Shown one piece after another: positions 1 through 14,500 of a stretch of DNA of 64,000 nucleotides (the stretch's first letter is position 1; the number at the start of each line of letters is the position of its first letter). The DNA is from Antedon mediterranea. Its lineage: Eukaryota > Animalia > Echinodermata. The DNA lies in NCBI RefSeq assembly GCF_964355755.1, contig NC_092674.1, positions 26,350,001 to 26,414,000 on the forward strand, written 5' to 3'. The position numbers and the translations under genes are program-made. A model generated the notes under the pieces. That model was not told where the DNA came from. It searched no databases and saw only the letters and a program-made list of their open reading frames with translations.

Positions 1-40
1 TTATTGGAGTGATATTGTACTGTAAGTACAGTATCACACA

Positions 41-410
41 GGCTCTCATTATCAAACAAGTTTGACAACAAAAGTGTGATGTGCCAAATATTGTAGTGAT
101 ATGACATCACCATGACCAGTTATGCACTAAGGCGCAGGATTGGTCATAGCAATAAATAGCAAAGAAATAGCTGTGTAAATGCTATACTTGATACAGCAAA
201 AATAGCAATAGAATAGCAAACAAATAGCTGTGTAAATGCTATACTTGATACAGCAAAAATAGCAATAGAATAGCAAACAAATAGCTGTGTAAATGCTATA
301 CTTGATACAGCAAAAATAGCAATAGAATAGCAAACAAATCCTGTGCTTTACTCCAGTTATGGGTATATCCCATTTTGTTATCACATAAAGTTTGATAGTG
401 TAGACAGCTT
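41..410. mobile_element. Harbinger-like MITE (agctctgtctacac family) carrying an internal 57-bp tandem repeat (~3.5 copies, ~147-345)
   Basis: Left end is a degenerate 'tatcaaacaagtttgacaac...gtgtgatgtgccaaatat'; right end 'cacataaagtttgatagtgtagacagct' matches other copies. The 57-bp period explains the repeated 19-aa unit in ORF 127-384. Confidence 0.7.
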
Positions 411-1384
411 TAAGAAAGTGAACTGATCACATATGCCTCCGACTTTGTATAACTATAGATTTACACTACATGATATCGAAAGAGTAATTCTGTAGGTCTG
501 AACAGGCCCTTATTCTTTATGACAGGTAAACTAGATCTCTCACAGCCAGGGGTACAAGTCATCATATTCTATTCATTACTCAACATTTTTATAAATATTA
601 CGTGCATACTCTGCTCGGCAAACATTTTTGAAAAGTATAAAGTTTCTGACAGAACAATAATTCTATTATGTACATTAATAGATTTGACCCAATTCTACAA
701 ATGCTAACAATCCTTTAAGTACAGGTAATGTTTTATCCTATTATGGTAGTTAACTGTAAGAAGTATTTTTCTACATTATGTATTGAAATTAAACTGTTGA
801 CTTTAAAATAACATTTCTTGATTATCACACATAAATTAAGTACAACTAACCATGTAATCAAATTTATTTGTACAAACAATGATCAGATTACTGATGTCTT
901 GGGTAAACTTACCTACCCTATACTATTTTAAGTCAAAGTGCAAACAAGGCTTTAGTGATCTTTGTCAGACATGCCATTCATACATTAAATAACGTGTGAA
1001 ATTTTCATAAAAAGAGAATGCATTTTGTTGATCAGTAAAGATACCATGCAAAGAAAAAAAAACTTACTATAGATTGAATTCCATAATGTTTGAAAAATAT
1101 TATGTTGATTTTAAATTCCATACATATTGATAATTGTAGTGAGTTATTTACAGCCTTCTGTTAACTCCAAAAATGGACCCCTATATTACCCCCTAGGGCT
1201 TAGCAATTGCACCCTTGCCAACACAGGTCTAGACATGTGTTACAATATTAACACAGGTAGGATTCAAGGGCAAAGCATTTCCTTGGATCATGTAAACATG
1301 TAAACATAAAATAAATCAATCTTCTGTACAATAATAAGTCATCAGCTGAAGCATCAGGACTTGTTCACTTGTCCACTGGGCTTG

Positions 1385-2305
1385 TAGATTTGACTTTGGT
1401 CTGTAGATTTGACTTGGGCCTGTAGATTTGACTTTGGTCTGTAGATTTGACTTTGGTCAGTATATTTGACTTGGGCTGTAGATTTGACTTTGGCCTGTAG
1501 ATTTGACTTTGGCCTGTAGATGTGACTTGGGCCTGTACTGTAGATTTGGGCCTGTTGATTTGACTTGGGCCTGTAGATTTGACTAGGGCATGTATATGTG
1601 ACTTGGGCCTGTACTGTAGATTTGGGCCTGTTGATTTGACTTGGGCCTGTAGATTTGACTTTGGTCAGTAGATTTGATTTGGGCCTGTAGATTTGACTTT
1701 GGTCAGTAGATTTGACTTAGGCCTGTTGATTTGACTTGGACCTGTAGATTTTACTTTGGTCAGTAGATTTGACTTGGGCCTGTAGATTTGACTTTGGTCT
1801 ATAGATTTGACTTGGACCTGTACTGTAGATTTGACTTGGGCCTGTACTATAGATTTGACTTGGACCTGTACTGTAGATTTGACTTGGACCTGTACTGTAG
1901 ATTTGACTTGGACCTGTACTGTAGATTTGACTTGGACCTGTAGATTTGACTTTGACCTGTACTGTAGATTTGACTTGGACCTGTAGATTTGACTTATAGG
2001 CATGTAGTGTAGATTTTGCTTGGGCCTGTACTGTAGACTTGACTTGGGCATGTACTGTAGATTTGACTTGGACCTGTACTGTACTGTAGATTTGACTTGG
2101 ACCTGCAGATTTTACTTGGACCTGTAGATTTGACTTAGGCATGTACTGTAGATTTTGCTTAGGCATGTACTGTAGATTTGACTTGGGTCTGTAGATTTGA
2201 CTTGGGTCTGTAGATTTGACTTGGACCTGTACTGTACTGTAGATTTAAATTTGGCCTGTAGATTTGACTTAGGCCTGTATAATTTACCTTGCCTGTAGAT
2301 TTGAC
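1385..2305. repeat. Minisatellite, 19/24-bp units (gtagatttgacttgggcct with or without gtact)
   Basis: Directly visible array; it generates the repetitive ORFs at 1665-2458. Confidence 0.95.
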
Positions 2306-2809
2306 TAGCTCATCAGGCAAATTTGGTAGCTCAAACCACATGCTTATAGTACAAGAACATTTAAAACTTGTTTTAAAGCCTGTCCATATGAACTTTTTTT
2401 TACAATAAACTATGGTTTTGTAAGAAGCACATTGTGGTATACCAGACAATGCATACATTCAGATTTTATGTTTTAAAATGTCAACTTCTGTAGTTGATTT
2501 GTTACTATTTAAACAAATAAGGTTAATAAAGTTTTTACAGTGTATTTCTTCGTTACAGCAAAGTAAAGAAGAACGTAACCCCAAGTTCATGTGGGTCACA
2601 AGTGAACACCCTTATAAATAAACCCCAGATGACAACAATTATCTCTGGAATGGGAGTAGTACAGACTTGTCTACCTTTTCAGGCTAGAAGCATCACACAC
2701 AAAATCAGAGCTACAGTATCATCAGCCTTGAACCACCTAGGCTCTTGTGTTGGTACTTTTGTCACCAAAGGAAGGAATGTTCAAATGTCTATAATTGATG
2801 AAAGATTAA

Positions 2810-3310
2810 TAACTACAGAACTTTAAATTCCAACAAAAGTTCAACTTTCGTTCTATCATTGACAATTTCAATTCACAAAATAATGTTTACTTCTTTTATA
2901 ATCTGTAAATTAATTTAAGTCTATATTTGTTTAATATTAATACAATTCTATTCTACAGAACTTAAAAAACCAAAGTTCAACTCTCTTTCTATCACTGCCA
3001 ATTTCAATTCATGAATAATAATGTTATTTTTTTTTTTATCATTTGTAACTTATTTATTAATTATTTTATATTGAAGAAAGATTTTAATAAATTTTACAGA
3101 ACTTCAAAAACCAACAAAATTCAACTCCCTTTCTATCAATTCTTTGCCAATTTCAATTCATGAATAATGTTTTTTTTTTATAACTATTTTAAGTCTATCT
3201 TTTTTAAAGATTAATAAAATTTACAAACTTCAACTTCTAAAGTTCAACTCTCTACCTTTGCCAATTTCAATGAATAATGTTTACAATTAATTTTTTTATC
3301 TCTAAGTCTT
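2810..3310. repeat. Degenerate ~140-bp tandem repeat, about 4 copies
   Basis: 'tacagaactt...aagttcaactc...gccaatttcaattcatgaataatg' recurs near 2813, 2953, 3094 and 3221. Confidence 0.75.
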
Positions 3311-3985
3311 TTTTAGAGCGATTCTCAGGGGCGGATCCAGCATTAAGATTAGGGAGAGGCTAAATATTTCATAAACGATCAAAACGATTCGTCTGGTAAA
3401 AAAAAATTATTTTTTTATTTAAAAAAAAACATGGCTGTTAAAGTTTAGGGGGCTAAAGTCTGTTTAGCCCCGCTTGATTCAAAAGTTGTTGAACAGGTAT
3501 TAAGCGCAAGTGTGAGGTGGCAATTTTGAATATACCTGTACATACCAAATGAACAGGTTGATTAAAAATAAAAGAGAAACTGAACTACAAGTAATTCTCT
3601 GTTAAGGCTTTTCCTGAAAGAAAGGTTATTCATGCCTAAGATCTCAAAGACTCCGAGTCTTTCTACAAACGAAACGCAACAATGTAATTTTAATGCAACA
3701 TTTAGCAGTTGGTATTTTCCGTCTAGTAAAACTTAACTTGTTGCTTTGTCACGAGTGTGGCATCTTAAAGCCAAGTGCAATGGGCCGTAAGCCTTAAATT
3801 TCGCATTATTTTACAACAAATCTATTGTTTAAGAAATCAAGTAAAGGTTAATGAAAGTAACTTGAGTAGCATGAGTCATTGTGGTAGTACAGGATTGCAC
3901 TTGGCTTCTACTCCAAAGGATTATGGCTCGATCTTGACAATCCTATGATTCTTTTCAGGCACTTCTTCAAATACAGTTATTTCAT

Positions 3986-4130
3986 AGTCTCTGTCTACAC
4001 TATCAAACTAGTTTGAAAACAAAAGTGTGATGTGCCCAAATATGGTAGTGATATGCCCAAATATGGTAGTGGTATGACATCATGTCTATATACTGTATGT
4101 CACATAAAGTTTGATAGTGTAGACAAAGCT
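3986..4130. mobile_element. Harbinger-like MITE (agctctgtctacac family)
   Basis: TIRs ctctgtctacactatcaaact / agtttgatagtgtagacaaagct, with internal 'cccaaatatggtagtg' repeats. Confidence 0.8.
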
Positions 4131-6637
4131 CTATTAATATTATATTGTGTGTAAATTACATAATAGAATCTGAAAATCCTCTGAGGTATGAACTCAATGT
4201 TATGCAAAATAGGGATGCAATATTACTACACTAGCAAACGAGTCATCTGTATTATTATAATAAATACCCCCTTCACATGACATCTAGTCGAACTCTGTAG
4301 TTTATACACACCGTGGCGCACACCACACAGGTGTTGAAGTCTGAAGTGAAGGGGTATACTGTGTATTAATATAGCTGAGTAGTTTTAGCAGTCCAAAGTC
4401 AAAAGTCTTGATTGTGTAAACTCTGGAGTGATGTGAAAGGGGTTAGTAGTAATTTTAGCAGCACATAGATTGTATGCGCTATCTGTATAAACTAGAAAAA
4501 AAAAGTTATGGCACAGCATATGGTACGCTCCAGTCCCTATGACATGCCAGTATCACTAGTTTAAGGTCACAGCACTGACAAAATGAATGGATGTTTTCTG
4601 TTTCCGTTTTAAGTATGATTCAAACAAGCTTGCCCTTTCCATCTAAAGTTATTGGTATGTTCATAAAATTCAAATTGACATCCGTCAAACCTGAGTTATC
4701 CCGGAAATTGCCATAATAAGCCAGTAACACAATGCTTAGTACCTTCTATCTCCTAGTAATATAGTAAGTTTCAACATGAGGAAATTGTACTGTACTACAT
4801 TGTTCGAATTGGATAGGTTTTTTTTTGTAAATTTATCTGGCGATTTAATTAATTAGACCAGTGTGAACAGGGCTTAAACCTCAGAAGAAGATAAACTTAT
4901 TCCGGCAGTAGTACAATTTGACAGTATTTGCATAGAAACTCTATACTATATGCTTCATTAATATTGGTACGAGTTTCCAAACAAAATGTTTTGCTATTGT
5001 ATTTAGCATGAAGGTATTTTATCAATGTATTATAAATCCTTGAGCAAACAAGTTGAACAATAAATGTTCTATTGTATTTGAATGAGGGTATGGCTGACAT
5101 CAATAGTCATGGGAATGAGTTTGTAGATCCTGTAACAATGAGAGTATAAATAAAAGACATCAAAACAGGAAATGGTGAGATCAATCAACAAAAATCTAAA
5201 CACCAAGTATTAATATTTTATTATCATGATCTACAGTACCATTATCTTTGAATTTTAAAGACATTTTTCTCTATATTTTTTTTTTTAATCTGATTTAAGG
5301 TCACAAACAACATTTTTTTTCTGTTAAAAAGCTGATTCTAGTAATTTAAACAGTCCACTCTAAATACCACTTGAAATTTTCGTTTTGCTTGTGATGCACC
5401 CACTTTTGGTGCCACATACAGGTAGCTATTTACTGTATTACAGGTAATTTTACCTGTAATACAGTATACTAATGTAGTACTAGTAGTACTAAAAAGGCTG
5501 GAGGAAAAAATACCTTAATTTTCACTGTCCTAGAGGTGGGTCTTGCATCAGTAGTCAAACCCAGATTTTTCCAGAAGGCCAAAAAAGACCATCCCCCAAA
5601 ATAAGACTCGAGAAATGATCAGGTCAATTTACTACTGTATGAATTTAGTATTTATTTTTTTTACTAAAAATACATCGCTCTGCTATACAAGCATATAGGA
5701 TAAGTTTTACACATTATGATCACCACCACTTCAGAATTTGCAGTGTAATTATTGCTTTTTTAAAGAATGCAAAGATATCGGTCTTAATAAGCTGGCAAGG
5801 AAGTTATTTAGATGTATGATAATCCCTCAATTGAATTTAAAGAACTTTATGTCTGTTATGATGTCATCAGAAAGAACGTAACATAAAGGTAGACAGTGGT
5901 ATTCATTGATTGAGTCAAGCATGAGGTATGCCGCCTCTAGGCTTTCTGAATAGCTGTATGAACCAGTGGGCTGGACTTACATTGTTTGGTATTGGAACGT
6001 GGTTGAAAACAATCTTGTGATATCTCAACAGATCCTAATTTAAAAAGGGGATTTATTTTGATTTTGATCTTAAACTGAACTGCTTAAAATGCGGTGATTA
6101 ATATTTTATTTGGTTAAGCTACCAATATTTTGGAATTTAAATGTTCTTTCAGGCAAGTTACAGTAAACTTGTATCGCACAAAATCTGCAAAAATCATACT
6201 ATTTGCGTTTAATGCATACCATATAACTTATTTGGCGCACTTACTGTAGACTGTCAACCAGTCAATAATTATATGCGGCTGTGCGGCTGTATTAAACTGT
6301 TAACTGTTTAGGCCTAATAATCTTATTACCTCTAAAAAATGGCCACTCAATAACATTTGGGGGGGGGGGGGGGGAGGGAGGAAGAGGTCCGGAAGTCATA
6401 ATGGACAATACAGTACACACCCAGATATACTATTAAAATCATGCGGTCAATACTAACTTGTACCCTTGAAGACAAACTGAAGTGTTTAGATAACTTAAAT
6501 AGATAAATGATAACACAAATCAACTATTATTTACCCATCTTCAATAATACAACACATTGACACGATAATCGAACAGGTGTGTGTCAAAAGTGACCACATG
6601 TCATAATAATCACGATAGAATAAATTTCTACTCTTTA

Positions 6638-7410
6638 AGCTCTGTCTACACTCAAAGTTTATGTGACAAAAAAACGTGATGTGCCCATACAGTTACTACA
6701 GTAGAACCTGTGTTTTACGTACCCTGATTTTACGTACGCTTAAAATAACCGATGACGTCATCATTTTCTTTAATTGAGGACGCAATTTAACAACAACAAA
6801 GCACAACAAAGCTGTGGCTGTGTGTGTGTGAGGAATTCTGCTGTGTGTTTGAGACAAGCTACGCACGTGCATTTAAGCAGCGACTGTTTTTATTGATAGA
6901 AAATAAAAGAACATTGATATTTTAAACTTTATTTAAACATCTCACAGCCTGTATATACTGTACAGTACTGTACTTTTCTTAGGCCTCACATCTTGCTAGG
7001 CCTGCTAGCTAGCCTGGCCTGAATAATCTAGGCAAGGCCTACTGTAGCTAGTGACAACCTGCATGCTGTTCAGTAAAGTAGACAAACAGGGTAGCCTTTA
7101 TAGCTACGGTCTCTACGTATTTGGGGTCAATTTAAGGTCAACCTTGATTTTACGAATCCCTTGTTTTACGTACGCCTTTCGGTCCCGTACCGTACGTAAA
7201 ATGAAGGTTCTACTGTATATGGAAATTATATCATACCACTACCATATTTGGGTATATCACTATCATATTTGATATTTGGGCATATCACTATCATATTTGG
7301 GCATATCACACTTTTTTGTCAAACTAGTTATTATCACTATCATATTTGGGCATATCACACTTTTTTGTCAAACTAGTTATATAGATAGTATAGATAGTGT
7401 ATACAGAGCA
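6638..7410. mobile_element. Harbinger-like MITE split by a nested Tc1/pogo-type MITE
   Basis: Left part 6638-6696 (agctctgtctacac...gtgatgtgccca); right part 7216-7410 (cactaccatatttggg...gatagtgtatacagagc). Confidence 0.75.
6699..7215. mobile_element. Tc1/mariner-pogo (Tigger-like) non-autonomous element
   Basis: TIRs cagtagaacct..ttttacgtac / gtacgtaaaa..aggttctactg, flanked by TA at 6697-6698 and 7216-7217. Confidence 0.85.
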
Positions 7411-8766
7411 TTCAAGAGTATTTTAAAAGTAGAACAATTTAGGTTTTAAAACAGAATAAAACAGTTTTATTTCTTGCAAAATGGGTCTAAAAATATTGTG
7501 AATTTATTTTGTATCTGTACTGTCGCAAGGCCTAATAAATTTTTTGTTTTTTAACAAATTTGACAAAAAGCAGCTACACTGATTTTCAATTTAAATTTTA
7601 ATCTATAGATTTCACAGCATTGATCAGACTTTAATCTTCTAAAAGGGCTTCTGTTGATTAACATCGGTTATCATATTAAAAGGGGAGCAACTACAGTATG
7701 CATTTTATTATTATTATAAATTTATAGAAAAACAATAGAAAACACAGTAATAATAAATATTTCAAAAAACCAGGACCAGGAATTTAGTAACCAAACTACT
7801 GGTACCTGTACACAGTACCTAATACAAATTATGCTTAATTCTGAAATAGGTAGACATAATGTAAAATGCACATCACCTACTCCGCGTCAGATACTCACCC
7901 TCGTTGTTCCATGTGTACCGCGTTAGGTACAGTAGTTACCAATGTCCAATACAAGTGCATTTTGGTAATCAAATTATTTGTAGGCCTATTAATTTTGGAA
8001 GTCTAATGCTTAGTACTGTAGTACAAAATGTCTTCAATTTTTATAATGTAATCATCGATTTTATTTACTGTACAGGATGCTTTTTTAGCATTGAAAAATA
8101 GAGATTTTCAAGCATTAGGCCAGCCCCATGGTGTCTGGTATCAGGAGAGTATAAAAAATCATATTTGCTTGAGAAATTATGTCAAATGTGAAAATTGGTT
8201 AATTTGAATACAGTATTGTAAGCATTGGAGATGAACAAACATCATTAGAATATTAATAATTTGATTGAGAAGACTGAGAATAATAATGCTAATATTAATC
8301 AATAATAGACTACAGAATTCTGTTTAACCACAGAGAACAATGGATTCATATTATTTATTCTAGTGCAATAATTACCTTTTGCGGTACCATATTCAAAATG
8401 AAACTACTGGAATGATTTCATTTGGCAGGTCACATGAAATTTAGAACTGGGTTGGTACTGTATAGGACAAGACATGAAATTGACAATCAATTTGACTCTG
8501 TCTTTAATAACCTCTAATCACGGCTTAACATTGAGATTGTTTTCACCAGGGTCTAGGTTTTACTGTATACTAATTTAATGTTTTTCAATTCAAAAAAATA
8601 CTACAAAATTACTGTTGTTATTTAATGCAAGTACTGTACTATAATATACTATACTCTAGATAGAACATGTTGCAATGGATTGTGTCCAACATATATAAAG
8701 AATAATACTGTATGCGGACCACTTATATGTTGCTATGTGAATTGTTCATTGCATGTAAACCGTATA

Positions 8767-10321
8767 TGTTTGTTTGTTTGTTTTATCTTTATACTGGGTG
8801 ACCTCTTCAGTCAAAGACTGATCTCCCAGAGGGCCCAGTTGGCTGTGATGTACTAATACACCGGGGTAACCCCCTACTCGTCTCGAAAGATGTACTATGT
8901 AGGTTCTTTAAAGTGCACACGAGCAAGTTGTGTACACTGGACCTACGGTTTATAGTCAGGGCATCATTTATAAGGAGCGCCTGCGCGACCGCGCTCCTCC
9001 GCGCTCCTCAACAGGCTTCGAGGAGAGCAATTTATCGCGCTCCTTAATTTTCAAAATAGAGCCTAGCTTTTGACAGTGTTGATTTTTCTGTCAAGAGGCC
9101 TAAAAACACGTGGATTTTTAAAAGTTAAAACCAATCTAGGCCTAGGCTAATAGTATATAAGCTAAGTTATAAAGCTACAAGCCTAATGGCAGTCCCTCGT
9201 TTTTAAGGATCGCGAGCGCGATCGCAATCAACAACCTTCGAAAAGGAGAGCAATTCATCGCGCTCCATCTCACAGTACAGTGCGAGGTACCAACAAAGGG
9301 GATTCCCCTGCCTGCGCGCATTCAAGGGCGAGTTTACTTCATCGCCTCATAGTGCAACCAGTACGGTGTCATAGAAACACCTCTTTTACAGGAAGATCAT
9401 GTCCCAACCAATAATTTTTCCCTTTATGTTTTTATGGAACGAGTTAATAAAATATATTTAATTTTAAAAGGAAACATTAATATAGGAGGCCTAAATATAA
9501 TGTTTATTATTTAAAAAAGCTTAGCTGCTGGTTGCTTTAATTATGTCATTTTGAAGATGGATTATTTCTTCGAAAGTTCTAACCAATTTTGGTCACTCAA
9601 ATCCTCCTCAAAACACGTGCTGATGTGTGACGTCAGCATCTTCTAGAAGCTCTCTCAGCCCTCCCCCTATTGTGCGTGCGCCCATGTGTGACACATGTAA
9701 ACACGATCAAATATCTTTCTTAATTATTTTAAAATGACACTTTGTAACTTATTATCAATATTTTAATGGCTGTTGCATGTTAGAATTGTATAATTTATGA
9801 ATTGCAGGTAAATACTTTTCAGGTTTTCTGTCTGATTTCTAGGCCAACAAGCTAGGCTAGAAAAGCTAGGCTAAAGGCATATAGTTGGCCAGGACAGGAT
9901 TCTCCAGGCTCCTGAAACCCAATCTACCCAGGCAGGCCATAAAAAAAAGTTTTTGTACTGTAGAATAATACGATCCCCACGGAAAATATTGTGTGTAAAG
10001 GTGGGTGTGGGGGATTTTAGGGGAGAGGTACAGACAGTATACATTTGTTGTGCCCGGCGGGGGGGGGGGGGGGGGGGAGGGGGGAATGTGTACGATTTAA
10101 AATTTTTGCAAGGAGAGCGAATTGCTCTCCTCGGTGATTTGAGGAGAGCGATTTGTTGCTCTCCTGAGTTTTGCATACGTGATGCCCTGGTTTATAGTCC
10201 TTATCCGAGAAGACTCGTTCTACCACCAGAACCATGGAGTGAGTGAGCCTCGAACCCCTGCCGATGTTATGGCTACGTGATTACGGTTCCACTGTCTTAA
10301 CCGCTCGGCCACTCACTCACT
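8767..10321 (-). mobile_element. tRNA-derived SINE with a Deu/Nin-like core, copy 1, interrupted by a DNA transposon
   Basis: 8767-8956 plus 10190-10321 rebuild the sequence seen at 17851-18170. The minus strand has an A box (tggccgagcggttaag), a B box (ggttcgaggc) and an (aaac)n tail. Confidence 0.9.
8957..10189. mobile_element. 1233-bp non-autonomous TIR DNA transposon with a 9-bp TSD
   Basis: TIR cagggcatca / tgatgccctg; TSD gtttatagt at 8948-8956 and 10190-10198; the empty site is present in SINE copy 2; subterminal aggagagc/gctcct motifs at both ends. Confidence 0.92.
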
Positions 10322-11109
10322 ATATGAATACCATACACAGGTGATATTCAAATTTGCTTAGTATAGCACATGTTAGTGATGTATTATTGAATGATTTTTT
10401 ACTAATTGTATAGTGAGATTGTATGCTTAATAATATTAATCTGTACCTTAGAAGAAATACAGGAGTCACAGACTCCGATATTAATTTTTGGCAGGTCCAT
10501 TTCAACCTGTCATTTCAATTGGTTACAGAGTTTTAAAAAGGCTTTTACGTGTAAAATTTAACCGTTATTGTACGTTGTACAGCTCGACCTGAGTAACTGC
10601 TTTGAATATACTGTAAAGTTGACTAATAGCTATTACAACAATTTACGATAGAATCCATACAGGATACCCTAATAACAAGATAATTAGCCAATTAAACACA
10701 TTTTCTTAAGTACAAGGAAATCGCAATAATTGTGTTTTTAAATCTAATTAATACTGAGTAGCTGTACACCGTTTTAATGATATCGCACATCCTAATTATT
10801 ATTAAAGTCAAACCAGTTAACACCCATAATGTTTTAGTTGCTAATTAGGAAGTTCAGCATTGATAGGTCATTGTCACTGGCGGTGTTAATATCATTTTTG
10901 TAAATAATCAAATGCCGTACTGTATCATGTATGTACAGAATCACATTAAAGTACAATTTTTAATTTAATAAGTATGTTTAATAAAAAAAAACACCACACC
11001 TTCTACAGTACACACCCTTCAGGACCCAACAAAGTGTCACCTTAATATTAATAATATAGGGGTGTACATTACTCTGTAGTGTTAAAACATATTTCCCTGT
11101 GTGTTTCAC

Positions 11110-11505
11110 TGTAAAGTGTCCCCTTTCGTAATAAAGAGTGCCCCCACCCCCTACAATAAGAGTATCCCCTCTATAATAAGAAGTTCCCCTCCATAATAAG
11201 GAGTGCCCTCCCCACACCCACCACCCATAATAAGAAGTGTCCCTTCCACAATAAAGAGTTTCCCCTAAATCGGGGTGTTCCCTCATAATAAAGAGTGTCC
11301 CTTCCGTAATAAGAAGTTCCTCCCACCCACCCATAATAGGAGTATCGCCTCGATAATACAGAGTGTCCCCTCCATTGAGTGTCCCCTCGATAATAAGGAC
11401 TGTCCCTTCCATATAAGGAGTGTCCCCTCCACAATAAGGAATGTCCCCTCCAAAATAATGAGTGTCCCATAAATCGTCGGGATGTCCTAAACTAAGGTTG
11501 AACTG
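11110..11505 (-). repeat. ~21-bp minisatellite (ataataagagtgtcccct) ending in a pogo/Tigger-like terminus
   Basis: The array is visible and ends in 'aaggttgaactg|ta'. It accounts for ORFs 10978-11529. Confidence 0.7.
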
Positions 11506-14500
11506 TACTGTACATACTACTGTATACAAACAGTAGTAACTTTAAATACGTATGACCAAAATATTCAAATTAATGAAAGTACAGTAACAATTAAGAGTTA
11601 AAACAGTAATAACAATATGAAAAATCAAAAAGCCCTATTGGTAAGTGATTTCTATACATTGTACTGTTGTTACAGTTTATTGGCTCTGATCCATTCAGCC
11701 CAGATCTCATGACCTACTGTGCGGTAGTACAGTACATTACAGGAGCTTATGCAACATAGCAGGAATAAAACATTTTTTTTTTTCATTTTTTAGGAAGCAG
11801 TTGTTAACGCCACACTTTCAATCTTAAAGTTTAAAGTGAACTTACTGTAGTTGTTTGAATTAATGTCAGCTCTGAGAGGAAATTGACAACATTTGAATGT
11901 CATAAAATGATATAATTTGAAACATTAAAATAATTATAAAAGGAGAAATTAGATTAGATTCTATGTTAAAGATATGCGGATCATTGTGATATTTCATAGT
12001 CAGAAAATACTAGATAATACAGATTTACAGGTACAGTATATTGTAGGCCTATAGAAATTGATGGCAAATGTTTTCGCTATCCACATGTTGAAAGGTGGTA
12101 CAATATGTCACTTTTATTGCAGTGCTGGGTATCCTATTTATACTGATAGGGGTGTTTAATAAAATATTAAATATTCAAGTTGTAGCTCTCTTCTCAGAGA
12201 GAATAGGCTAATGTCGGTTTATCCAGGTAAGCCAGGCATTTTTCATTTAATTTCATGTATTTAGTAGATCACCACATTGATTGACAATTATTATAATATT
12301 AATAGTTAAGTTAGTAATTTAGTCAAGAAGCACTGTACTGACTGTAGCCTGAAAGTTCTTGAATATAAAGTGAAAAAACAATGCAGACTTTATAAATTTA
12401 CAGTTAATATTACAGTACTGGATCTAGGGAAATCCTTAAAACATAACTAAAGACAGGCAACGTTTCTTTTTTCCACTACATTACATCTTCACAAACGTAC
12501 AAATCCACGATGAATGGCAATCATCATCCAAGCACAAAATGCACCAGTACGGGTATCACTTCCAAAATTCACGAGTAATCGGCCATACATCTCAACAGTG
12601 AGTTTGTAGATATGTGGAAGAAGCCAAACATAATAATATTATCATTGTAAGACTAATCTAACTGTTCAAGTTTATCGAAAGAATTTAAACTGAAAATTCA
12701 GTATCACATACTGTACTACAGTATAGCTCAATTTAGTACTATCCATTTTTTTGTAAAAACCGCTCAGGGCTGAAGGCTGTATTTACTGTACTGTACACTT
12801 TATCTCATTCTGTAATTCTTTTTCACTGTGCCAGATGGGCTAGTAAAACACTAAATATCTACTTTCCCAAATTCATTTCAATTGTAGTACAGATCAGGCA
12901 CAATTTGGACATTTCAGTTTTATTTATTCCTTTCAAAGTAACATAAATAGGGAGCACTGAAAAGAGACAAGGGCCGACAAAGACAATTATCGCCGAAGGG
13001 CATGTCTCTAAACTAGAAGGGCGTGTCTCTAAACTAATGGGCGTATCTCTCCAAACCAAAGGGCGTGTCTCTCCAACCAGTTTTCAGGAAGCAAAGGTTT
13101 TTTAAAGTACAATCAATTAGGAACTTACATTTTTTACTATAACATTACCTGGATCATTAAACAGTACTATACTTGTATAGGTAGCCAATTATAAAAATTT
13201 AAGAGACCCTAATAGTAACACACCTGTATAACATACCCTTTATATCTACCGCCTGCTCAGGTATGTTTCATACTTACAAGAGGTTACCAAAAAAAGGGTC
13301 AAGCAAAATCTGTTCTCCCATGGTTTAAACTGTATACCCGACGACAAACACAAATTATACACAAAGTGAAAGATGAATGTAACAAAGAATTTTAAACTGT
13401 TATAAAATGGCACTTGTTATTTATCTATAGAAAATTACTGTTAATAAGGTTCATAATGATGTGATCAAAACATCCCTTCAAATGAAAAGTTTAAAACGAA
13501 TACATATTTAGGTGAGCGCATGCATATTATCAAATTCCCCCGAGAACCTGATGATGGATTTCTCACGATCTATAAACTACTTCATGTCTTAATATTAAGC
13601 CAATAAATCTATAAACATGAAATACAATCAAAACTCATGAGGTACTTTAAATACCTTAAATATTCCAGCTTATATTGCATCCCACATTTTTTTTTTATTA
13701 TTAAAGAACACCTTAAATTCTATCCAGTTTTATCCTGCTGTACTGTAGATCCCATGTTTTACAGTATGATCTTTTTATACTGTATTTTCAATGTTCTGAA
13801 AACTTTTTTGTGGGTTACTGATTCTACATTAAATACTTTACTGTGTATAGTATAAATACATCTATCCTGTGCTGTTTGTACCATTTATCCAGCTTTGCCC
13901 TGCTTAGAGCCGCCCATGTTTTATAAGATCTTTTCTATACTGTATTTTCAAAGTCCTGAAAACTGATGTTACGGATTCCTGTATAGTTTTAAATATACTT
14001 GGACTGTTGGTACCCATCTTAAAATCGATTGATGGCTACTGTTTTCTCAACTACTTGGGAATGGATACATCCTTATGTACATCCTGACCCTTACACCTGC
14101 CATCCTGAGTCTTAGGCCTCTCCAGAATAGGGACCAAATTTCAAATTTAATTATTTCGGCCTGTTCATATGGTTTCACTATACTGCTATCAGGATGGCCA
14201 AACTCATTTGAAACACATTTCAAAGTAGGAAAATACTGTACATTCTGTACTTCTGTTTAAAAAACAGTATTATCATTAAACATCAAATCAAACACACTAC
14301 AGTATAAGCAACAGATAGACAACAATCTGAATGGATGCCCTAGAGTGAGCCACACCCATAAGTTATATTTGTAAACTATAATTAATAAAACCTGTTTCCT
14401 TTTCGACCTAATCATTTTTTTTGTTAGCTTTACATTCTGGATTTGATTTTTTTTTCATGAGGGACGACTTTACGATTATTACTGATATTGAATTGATTGC

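Noticed and set aside
127-2458. Repetitive ORFs (QVQVKST, STGPSQIY, ICLLFYCYF)
   Set aside because: Translations of 19/24/57-bp tandem repeats, open in several frames, with no splice or domain support.
7899-7912. ATGGAACAACGAGG followed by gtgagt on the minus strand as an alternative first exon of the PDZ gene
   Set aside because: Only 14 nt; such ATG-plus-donor matches arise by chance and there is no supporting evidence.
9871-10246. Poly-Pro and poly-Gly ORFs
   Set aside because: Caused by a G homopolymer inside a non-autonomous transposon.
10230-10321. tRNA gene (A and B boxes; also near 18080-18170 and 42925-43015)
   Set aside because: It is the tRNA-derived head of a repeated SINE with a body and tail.
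10448-10507. 60-nt AG..GT-bounded open segment (VEMDLPKINIGVCDSCISSK) as PDZ exon 2
   Set aside because: The phase fits but it lacks the expected PDZ continuation (GxA...GD.I..IN); the true exon 2 was not found in the window.
10978-11529. 183-aa Gly/Tyr/Thr-rich ORF
   Set aside because: Translation of a ~21-bp minisatellite.
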